A stretch of DNA of 32,000 nucleotides from Wallemia ichthyophaga EXF-994 (GCF_000400465.1 NW_008806280.1:450001-482000), one strand, 5' to 3'; counted from the stretch's first letter, positions 1 through 8,645 are shown. Numbers and translations are program-made. Notes: generated by a model from the letters alone, not told the origin.

Positions 1-2141
1 AATAAAGACTCTCCTAAAAAATTCAATAACCCAATCTCCAAATGAAGAGGTGGAAGTGCGTATCAGATTGTCAGCTTCTTCAGGCGTCAATGGTGGATCG
101 TTTGCTTCACGTCCTTCAGGGAACGATGTCTCGACAGGGCTGCTTACTTCGATTGGTGCACACCCATCCAAATCCATAGGATTGACTGACTTGCGACGGT
201 GAGCATCTACCTCATCCGAGCCTTCAGATGTAGCATCACCAATCCTGACAGAATGAAGGGACGTGATAATAAACATGCACGTAGCGATTGTTTTGGTGGG
301 ATCATTCATATCTATGCCTGGTAACGAGAACTCCAGCAGTGGAAGAAGATCTTTGGCACCTGCATAATATTTGGAGCGTGAGACGAGGTGTGGTGCGACA
401 GTTGAGAGTGCAGTTATTACAGCTGATGTACGGTGTGTTTCTGTGAGTGCTTCTAGTGACGGATAAGCGCGTTCCATGAGAGCAGGGTAGATGAGATCAG
501 GTTCAAGCAGTGCTAAGTTGCGCAGGCAGCTCTGTGTGTTAGTGATTGAGATCGGGTCCTGATACTTGCGTTAGAGTACATACGATGTAGCGAACAATCC
601 TACCTTAGAAAACATAGAGAGTAAGGCAACTGTACGTAATGAGTGCACAAACTCCTTCTTCATTTGCTTCGTCAAGCGCCATTGAAGGGGAGTTTTGCAG
701 TCAGGCTTCTGCTCATCATTCCACCTTTCCAGAAAGAGCGAGGAGGTATCGGAAATGAAATATGTTAGTGCGAAAGTGTGGGCTCCCCAATTCGAAGGAT
801 GGAAGTATGTCTCAGTGTTGAGGATGAGCTTGTTTAGAGCATCGAGTGCCTTTGAGCCACCGAGGTGTTTGTTGAATGCACTTGATCCACCGACTGTTGG
901 AGCACTGAGCTGATTCTTAGACTTGTTGACGGGAGTTTCGGAAATTGGTGTGCCAGCGGCCGATGAAGCAGCCACGCCAGCATCCTGCGACATGGAGTAG
1001 ACCAGAATAATAGCCAGTGAAAAGGTTCTATTTGTTGGCTTCTTCAAATTAAGTACATTCTGGCTGATCTTTCCATCTGGACCTAGTGTGTCACCTCCTC
1101 TCAGCTTTCCAACAGCAATGTTGAAAGACGACAAAGCCTTTTGCATGACAGTATCAAATTGAGCTTCAGTGAGAATACCAATGTCTTTCCTAATGCCCTT
1201 CCAGCTGCTGTCGGCAGATTTGTCTTTGGGTGGACGGCCGACACTTGGTATATCTGAAGGGGCTGGAGCAAGAGAATCGATAAAACGTGGGTCACTGATG
1301 GAAGGGTCGAGGTGCTTCTCGGTCAAGCGAGCGACGAGGTCGAGATGCTGATCATCAATATGAGAGGAATTAAAAGTCTCCCAGATTCTGAAAGTGATAG
1401 GCAGCCAATACTGTGGGTGAGACAAGGGCAAAAACTGGACCAAGAAGGCCTGTGTGGAGATGATGGAATCAACCGAGGAACCATCCATCTGTGGCAATAT
1501 CGTATCGAGCATGTTTTGGTACTCGGAAGGGTGGAAGAAGCGTTGAGCGTATTCAGTGAGGGTGAGAAGGTTATTTGTGATGTTTTTGCGGCTAGTTTCA
1601 CGCTGCTTAGGGAAAAGCTCTGTGGATAGAATATCATAAAGTGGTTTCCAGGGCAAGACAATGTCCTTGATAGAAATTCTCTTCTTGGAGCTTATAAGGG
1701 ACATTAAGCGATTAGCGAATAAGTTAATGAAACGGCCATCCATCCCAGGGGTGACGAGTAGCTGGTAATAGAGACGCGTAAGCTGCACTCTTCGTTCCCT
1801 GGTCATAGGATACTTGAGGGATAGCCAGGCCTGGAGTCTATGATCCCAAATGCTGAAGCTGATGTCCCAGTCATTGGCTTTGGCAGCATTGATGAGCTTG
1901 TGAATGATATGGTCCAATCTCGAGTCCATTTCTTCAAGGGATTCAACTTGATAAGGAATGTGCTTAAATTGGTGCGTGGCTTTGACCCTCGAGTCCTCAT
2001 CGCGGCCAGCAGAAGGCTTCATCTCATCCTCCGTGAGATCGATTTCTGAGTCCGTGGAATCGTCGCTGCTGTAGTCTTCTATGTCTGTCCTGCTGTGGCG
2101 TTAACGGGGAGTTTGTGTGCTAATTACAAATATAATTACAT
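1..2141 (-). CDS. BLM10: Proteasome activator Blm10/PA200 (PSME4), 5' part; gene runs off the left edge
   Basis: The 483-aa ORF 571-2022 has Blm10-like segments (LQAWLSLKYPM, ETYFHPSNWG). A 45-nt intron at 603-559 (GTAGGA..TATCAG) rejoins to DPISIT..ETHRTSAV..LPGIDMNDPTKT, which stays open to the window edge. The probable start is a split AT|G across a 50-nt intron at 2139-2090. Confidence 0.88.
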
Positions 2142-2488
2142 GTTTGATGGTATTGCTCAACGATTACGTAGGTGTCCCCGAAATGGGGATTCATCAAGGC
2201 GAAAACAAAGTAGCAAATAAAATACTTAGATTTCTTCTGATAGGAATCCTGGATTATTTTACTTGAAATTTACTTGAATTTATTGCTAGGGTTATTGAGC
2301 GTAAAATTCGATTTTGGCGGCCAGTCTTCTCTTTTCAACAACCACGCTTGAAATTGCGTATAACATTGTAATTTCAAGGCGGTGGTTATAAAGCCAACGC
2401 TGGCAGTGAAAAGTGGATTGATCCTCAGCGCTGCCCACTCTTCACTGCCAGCGTTGGGCTGTTTGTAAGAGTGAGTTGAAAGCATATA

Positions 2489-2574
2489 CAGCCAGATGAT
2501 GAATAAACGCAAATGGGAATCTCTCTGATAAATTTCATGAACCGATAAACATTTATTTGCTAACTGAATCGCTG
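2489..2574 (+). ncRNA. Box C/D snoRNA, SNORD79 (U79/Z22)-like, predicted LSU rRNA 2'-O-methylation guide
   Basis: Box C ATGATGA is at 2496-2502, D' CTGA at 2525-2528 and D CTGA at 2564-2567, with a terminal stem CAGC/GCTG. The guide TGGGAATCTC (2514-2523) complements the conserved LSU motif GAGAUUCCCA. The D'+5 rule points to the A in GAG-A-UUCCC (about A2326 in yeast numbering, recalled). Confidence 0.85.
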
Positions 2575-2700
2575 TCGACGTGATTTTTATTTTGCTAACT
2601 GGCTTTTCACAGCGTGCCTTAAAGGGCGTGAATGGTGAAGGTGCTCACGGCGGCTATTTGAAATGTAAGTTGAACTCCCCCTCAGCAACCCAGATAGAGA

Positions 2701-2830
2701 CAATGATGACTGAGATCATGCACCACACATAATGATGCTTAGTACTTGTCAGTAACCTTTGTTAGCTCAAAGTGACAAGGACTGAGCGTCCACTTGATGA
2801 GAAAACGATCCGCTGCGTTCTTGCTGACCG
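2701..2830 (+). ncRNA. Long box C/D snoRNA: 5.8S rRNA A43 methylation guide plus bipartite 18S helix-34 antisense element
   Basis: Box C ATGATGA is at 2703-2709, D' CTGA at 2782-2785, C' TTGATGA at 2794-2800 and D CTGA at 2824-2827. The guide CGCTGCGTTCTT (2811-2822) complements 5.8S AAGAACGCAGCG. An internal hairpin (CTTGTCA..CTTTG/CAAAG..TGACAAG) is present, and the RNA is flanked by a 19/20-nt intronic inverted repeat (2681-2699 / 2831-2850). Confidence 0.85.
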
Positions 2831-2930
2831 CTCTATCTTGGGTTGCTGAGATATTATAATCACAATCTAACAAAGTATTTGCAGTGTTCTTGAAAGAAAT
2901 TTATATGATATCGTTAACATTATTCAAAAA

Positions 2931-3244
2931 TTACATGTTATCATTATTCTTGTCCTTGATTGATGCTTTCCTATTGATACCTTCACCAGTTCTAGCTCTT
3001 TTTTCCATCTACGGCAATCGCCGTTAGTGACGTCATTTTCTAAGGGATCTATCTAAACTCACCGCTTTCCTCTCGTTCTGCCACATATTCTCTGTGAAAA
3101 GTCTTATTCCCTCACTGTCTGAATCCACGATCGTCAGCAACAACGCCACACTGCAGTCCACTTCCGCTACCCACACTTTTTCTGTGCATGTACGTCGATT
3201 GACGCTGGAGGCGGTGGGGTTTTCAATACTGGATGCTCGGACAT
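2931..3244 (-). CDS. Putative 67-aa microprotein, 3 coding exons (3244-3175, 3118-3063, 3008-2931)
   Basis: Two canonical introns: 3174-3119 (GTGGGT..GCTGAC..TTCAG, 56 nt) and 3062-3009 (GTGAGT..ACTAAC..CGTAG, 54 nt). The spliced frame is open from ATG to TAA: MSEHPVLKTPPPPASIDVHAQKKYSEGIRLFTENMWQNERKAMEKRARTGEGINRKASIKDKNNDNM. Confidence 0.6.
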
Positions 3245-3861
3245 CTTAGATAGTCAAGAAGAAGGAGCTATCTCCACACTGTACCTGTGACGTATCTCGT
3301 TAAACGTAGCAAGAGCATGTGGAGGTCTAAGATGTTTTTATGATTTTTATAGAGCTATTAATTATGTCAATTTAATGCCTTACTTGGTCCAAACGGTGTG
3401 CTGATTTCTTGCAGTTGCATATCGAGTCTCACGTATATGCAATCTCAGGGTGAGTTAGATGCCGAAGGTACGCCCATCCAGGCACATTGTCTATAATCCA
3501 CAGGAGTTATTAATCACGCCTATTTGTTATGACACATCCAATCTTCGCATTCTACGTAATCAAAACGCAGTAAACTTTTTATTAGATGGTCCGGGTGGTT
3601 TGACTTGAGAGACTCTGGGTGCATTTCAGGTAGAAATGAAATGTTGGGCAGCCTCTGAGATTAATAAGCATGCCAGAATGTATAAAATTCCACTCGGTAA
3701 GATCATCAGCAAGCCAGATTCAGTGAACGGGGAAAGATGTGAAGTAAACTACTTTCAAATAATTCAAACCAAGAAATATAAACAATCTATCTTAGATTGT
3801 CTTGTTTCATACACATATATAACACATCTCTACGACAAATTCGCAATGACGCCATACCCTT

Positions 3862-4952
3862 TTACGCAGTTTGTATATCCAACTTTACAATATTTCTAGT
3901 CCTATTAAAGATGTCGTTGAAATAATAGCATCCAAAAGCACCGAAAGCAGCACCACCGAGGTGAGCGGCGTGATCGAGCAGCTTCCATCCAGCGAGCAGG
4001 CCAGCGACGTCGAAACCTACCATAGCCATTACACCGGTGGAGATAGGAAAACCGAAGAATGGCAGGAAGATTAAATTGACTTTGATGTCTGGGTTGCTGT
4101 ACGCACTCATCACTAGTGTCGAGTAAACTGCACCTGAGGCACCTAAAGACGGCATTAGAGAGCGCTGCAGATACTTGGTAGCACTGATAGATGCGAGATT
4201 CGACATGCATCCCGCCGAGAGATACAGTGAGAGCCACTTAAACACTGCCGTCCCTTCGACTGTATCCGCGTGCTGCTGTCGTTCGAGGAACTTGAAGCTG
4301 AGGGGACCAAACGAGTAAAGAGCGAGCATGTTGAAGCCCAAATGAGCTATGCTTCTGTGGCTGTCGCAATTGTTAAATTTTTCCGCGTACTAAAGTTAAC
4401 ATACCTAAATACACTCGTAAGCATGGTATGAAGAGGTGAGTTGTACGAGTGGAGGAAATGGCGCGCCATATATCTTTGTACAGCTGGATGGGGAATCTGC
4501 CATCCAGCAAAGACTACCGTGTTGAGAGCGATTATAGCAGCAACACTTCGCTGACCATCAGTCATTGCGAGTAAGTCTTGAATGGGTCAATTAGCCAATT
4601 TCAATGCAAACTAGGATATTTGCCCACTCTCGCTTGCCAGAATGTAAACACGCTGTACGGTTTCAGGCATTGAGTGTATTTTATCCAGACCTGCCTGGAG
4701 CTTACTAGCCAGATTCATCTCCTTGATAGTCTTCAAGCGGCCAGAAGTGATACCTAACCAATTACTGCTCTGCTTTTCTAGGTGATCAGTCTGCCAGTTG
4801 GTGATCTGAGAAGCAGCAACGACAGAGAAGCCAGACAAGGACAAGGCGAATACAGCGGATTTACCGATTGGGATGAAAGGTCTGTTGTTGCCACCGAAGC
4901 CGAAGCCACTCTTTCCGGCGTATCTCTGTGCAAGCCTGGCGGAGAAGAACAT
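3862..4952 (-). CDS. PCP1: Mitochondrial rhomboid intramembrane serine protease (Pcp1/PARL-like)
   Basis: Three exons, with introns at 4627-4577 and 4404-4361. Motifs FSHRSIAHLGFNM, catalytic GASG and DHAAHLGGAAFG are present, and the N-terminus is basic and presequence-like. Confidence 0.88.
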
Positions 4953-5135
4953 GGTGGTAGCTGTGATAGCAGTGGCCGATAAATTTCAATTCCTTTGTAA
5001 TTTTATAAAGAAATCCCAAAGAAGCTGTCCAAATGAACTGACGTATGCGGATTCGCTCGTACGATCGACTTTCATCATCTGTAACTGGAAAAAGAGGAAA
5101 TGTTAAAAAGGAAATCAAGCAGCGGATTTTTTGGG

Positions 5136-6063
5136 ATGGTGTCTGTTAGGTGAGTGTAAGAGTAGCCATAACCACACCGCTCACCTGCCAAATTTGACAG
5201 AAATTGCACTCTAATCTACACAACAACGACTTTCTTATGTTACGCAGCATCTGCATACGCAGCCTTTAATCTACTCACAATTTCATGTCCACATTGCACT
5301 ACTTCCCCTTCCAACACCCACAACACTTCAACCTCCATTCTGGACAGCGCAGACGCACAAGCCAGGCTTGGTGCTAGACTGCTATTCGTATCCATCTGGT
5401 ACGCATTCACTATGCTAGTCGCCTCCTCTTTTGGCTTCTGCGGTGTCGTAAACGTTAGTTACATCACCAACTTACGAATTTAATTTAATCTTATCCACAG
5501 GAAAGCATACGCACTCTAAAGCTATTCCGTATGATGAGCTCTATCGACGTTATTCTCTCCTTCCTACTTACATTCCTCCTCGGCCCTATCGGCTTGACGT
5601 TGTCGATCAAAGACTTTGTTTGTGACGCACCTACAAAGATTGAGAGCAATCACTGCTGGGATGTCTGGAGGTCGTCGGTGTACAGATTCATCGGCCTTAC
5701 TCTTTTTATTATCGTATTTAAGGTGGGCTTGGTTTGTTGTGTTGAAAACTGCAAATTCTCATGTCTTTCTAACAGGTCTACCTTCTTGGATGCACGCATG
5801 TGTATATCAGACAATGTCAGCTAAGGCAGCGCAAGCTCAGACCTAGGCCTTCAATAGTACTTGTCCCACCACCACAATCCTCCACCACTCAACAGGTCGC
5901 GGGCTTCGTTGTACCTTCACCAACCCAGAAACACAAGAGATCGCACTCAATCAAGCAAGGCGGATTCCAGCAGGACGGAGGTCCAATAGCTCTAGCAATC
6001 AGACCAGGAGAAGGTCTGCTCCCTAATCACAGTTTCACAGATCAATATGAGCTGCTGACATAG
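5136..6063 (+). CDS. Four-transmembrane (tetraspanin-like topology) protein, about 258 aa
   Basis: Introns at 5150-5200, 5454-5500 and 5723-5775 join four exons into one open frame of 777 nt. It has four hydrophobic segments and two Cys in the loop between TM3 and TM4. Confidence 0.72.
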
Positions 6064-6079
6064 CAAAATCATATTTTTA

Positions 6080-6220
6080 TTCATCTTCCAGCCTCTGTAT
6101 ATCAAAGACCCCAACAACAGCAATATTTAATACGATCCTTAATAGCCTGTATACTTTATAGTTCCATTCATCTTTCAGCCTCTGTATATCAACGACATAA
6201 ACACACCAGCAATATTTAAT
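6080..6220. repeat. Imperfect direct repeat of about 52-54 bp between two convergent gene ends
   Basis: TTCATCTTCCAGCCTCTGTATATCAA..CAGCAATATTTAAT at 6080-6131 and TTCATCTTTCAGCCTCTGTATATCAA..CAGCAATATTTAAT at 6167-6220. Confidence 0.85.
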
Positions 6221-6301
6221 TTCCTACGTATGTTTATGATGAGCATGCTTATAAGGATACTGAGCATAAATGCCGATTACAATAACTCAAAATACTCAAA
6301 T

Positions 6302-6903
6302 TTACTCAAGTGGAATATCAACTTCACCCTCCTTGATAGCCTCGATCAAGTCGTGTGGTTGCTTTCTGTCGACGGTGCAACCAACAGATTGGCAAGTACC
6401 CAAGACTTGCAAGACGGTGCCTGCCAAGTTCTTTGAGAGGGATTTGTAAGCCAAAGTTCTAGCAATGTTGATAATCTCGTCCAATGGAATTGAGCCAGAG
6501 TGCTTGACGTTCTTCTCCTTCTTTCTGTCACGTGGTGGCTCCTTCAAAGCTCTAATGACCAATGAGGAAGCTGAAGGAACGATAGCGACTTGAGCTTGAC
6601 GGTTTTGGACGGTGAGTTGAACGGTAACACGCAATCCCTTCCAATCACCGGATGCCTTGGCGATATCTTCACCAATCTTCTTTGGTGACTGGAGTGTGTG
6701 TTAGAATACCGGTCTGCGTAGAGCAACTCAAGCTCACAAGACCGAGTGGACCTGTATAAAACATGTAAGCATTTTATCACTAAACTTGAAAACACTGCAA
6801 ACTCACCAATCTTTGGTGCGAGTGCGGATGATGCACCAACTTCACCACCAACGGCACGGAGGTAGATGATCTTTACCTCATTTGGATCGATCTTTGGGGC
6901 CAT
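6302..6903 (-). CDS. RPL12: 60S ribosomal protein L12 (uL11)
   Basis: [33 protein letters not shown]|PLGL|[38 protein letters not shown]. Introns are at 6806-6752 and 6737-6689. Confidence 0.97.
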
Positions 6904-7248
6904 CCTGATGAGCTGTGTGAGCTATGTGTGCTGGCGAAATTGATAGTAGGTGTATGTGGGTGGACTGTGGATGCTCGCTGAGGTCGCTGTGGTTGCTATG
7001 GAGTACTGTAGACTACCTTAAACTCCCTCATTATCCTTTCATCCACCCCAGCTACTATTCCAATTTTTAACTTACGTTGCTCAGTAAATATCGCTAGTCA
7101 AGAAGATTTGGCCCAGTTGGCGGAGTGCGTCGTCGAGATAAAAAATTATTTCTCTCGAAGAAGCGAATAAATAACTTGATCATGTATTTGGCGGTAATAC
7201 AGTGAGTGTATTGTGTGTATTGGGTCTATGTATGTGTCCTTCTTCTGC

Positions 7249-8487
7249 TCAAAGGACTTTGGATGGTATAACGAACATGAGGTGTTCGCTGCTATTGATT
7301 GGGCCACCGTAGAACGACTCAAAGAATCCCTGTGTGTTTGTGTGTCAGAATTACTGCTTACTCTCCCCTCTCTCCTCTCACATAGAAAGCTAAGCAGCTG
7401 TTGTTGCATATTCCTAGTGCAAACACGCCAAATTAAGCCAGATTCTTCAATGCTAGCCACCTACCTACCTATAAAAGCCTTTGACGCCAGCTCCGGGACT
7501 CCAAATAGTTTTATTAGCTGCCGGCTATCGACAATGACCTTGGCTGTAGCGCCTATTGGGAGAGTTGAGAATGTGCATTGCGTTAATTCCATCCACACCT
7601 TCCCTAGCCTGAGTTTCCTGGCCTTGGAATGTCGTCCTCACACCGACGTTGTCGTTGAGAATGCTGAATTCCAGCACCCCCTTCCAATCTGCTGTAATAG
7701 AGACGAAGTTGTCCAGTATCCGCAGTTTCTCGAGGACAGTCTTGAGCTTGGACATGTTGGGTAATTGTATTGTAACCTGCACGTGCGTCATCAGCGCTAT
7801 CACGGTGCTTCCAATGAGCGACAAACTGACATCTTTATCGGGAGTCTCTGGCCGGACAAAGGCATTGACGTATATCTGCTTCTGTGGCCTGCACGGCACG
7901 TCCTGCTCGATAGTGAAACGACTATTGTAGTGGCTCTATTGGGGAGTTTGAGTGTGTCTTACTTGTAATAAGCAATATCTCACCCACCAATGTACTTATA
8001 GACAGATTAAGCGTAGGTATAGCGCCCTTCTTCATAAGCCTGAGCAAAACGTTATCGGATTCGTGTGCTGATTTGATCGCTCTAAAGAGGTGCTCCATGC
8101 TGACTTCAATGTGTACCTCGTTGTTGTTGCTGCTCTCGCACCTGTATTCGCTGAATAGCGTGTTCTTCGTACTGTTAGTCTTGGCTTCTGGCTTAAGATC
8201 AGGCTCAATGACGCACTACGTTGAGCTGTCTGAAGCGCGTTGAGATTGCTGAAACGAAGCACACAGCTCACAACTCACAGCCACGATTTGACGGTCGTGT
8301 CTACGCCGCTCTGTCCTACGTAAACCGCGTCGTGCGTAAACCTAACTATTGCATGTCCATTGCCCAGCAGCTTAGCGAATGCTTGAGTTATCTGCGTAAA
8401 CAGCTTCACGTTATAGATGATGCATCTGAACTGTGCGCTGTTTCAGCCGTGCTCTCCCTAATTTACCCCCGCTCCTCTCACTCGCAT
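7249..8487 (-). CDS. HUS1: Checkpoint clamp (9-1-1) subunit Hus1/Mec3, multi-exon
   Basis: The spliced reconstruction reads MR|FRCIIYNVKLFTQITQAFAKL..W|LQLNV|NTLFSEYRCESSNNNEVHIEVSMEHLFRAIKSA..LPNMSKLKTVLEKLR..EHLMFVIPSKVL*, matching the Hus1 family pattern. Some internal junctions are approximate. Confidence 0.8.
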
Positions 8488-8645
8488 ATCGTCGTGGTAC
8501 CTTATCAAGACTCGAAAATCCATTTATAATTACATTTCTTATCATCGAATAAAGCATTGGCATTAGCATTGTTAGTTGCATCTAGTATCGTCACTTAAAT
8601 TGTGCCTTCTTTTTCATCTTTTAACTTGTTTTTTCACTCATCTTT

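Larger units (their letters stand above)
2330..2930 (+). ncRNA. Spliced non-coding snoRNA host transcript (at least 3 exons; ends approximate)
   Basis: Intron 2471-2612 (GTGAGT..GCTAAC..CACAG) and intron 2665-2884 (GTAAGT..CTAAC..TGCAG) each enclose a C/D-box RNA. The middle exon is 52 nt. Exon 1 has no ATG, and the only ATG in exon 2 opens a 9-codon ORF. Confidence 0.75.

Noticed and set aside
2270-2512. 80-aa minus-strand ORF
   Set aside because: It has a non-ATG start, is antisense to the snoRNA host exon and snoRNA, and has no recognisable protein features.
2717-2735. CAUGCACCAC as an ordinary snR40/snR55 (U32/U33)-type methylation guide
   Set aside because: The D+5 rule would need a D' box starting at 2728 (CATA) or 2730 (TAAT), and neither resembles CUGA. 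It is not excluded, but it is disfavoured relative to the bipartite model.
3195-3335. Possible H/ACA snoRNA on the + strand (AGAAGA H-like box between two stems)
   Set aside because: There is no ACA box and no convincing pockets. The region is better explained by the minus-strand microprotein gene and its leader.
3626-3712. Possible third C/D snoRNA on the minus strand (cTGATGA ... CTGA, about 86 nt)
   Set aside because: Box C lacks the leading purine, the terminal stem is weak, it has no host intron, and I could not recognise any rRNA or snRNA complementarity.
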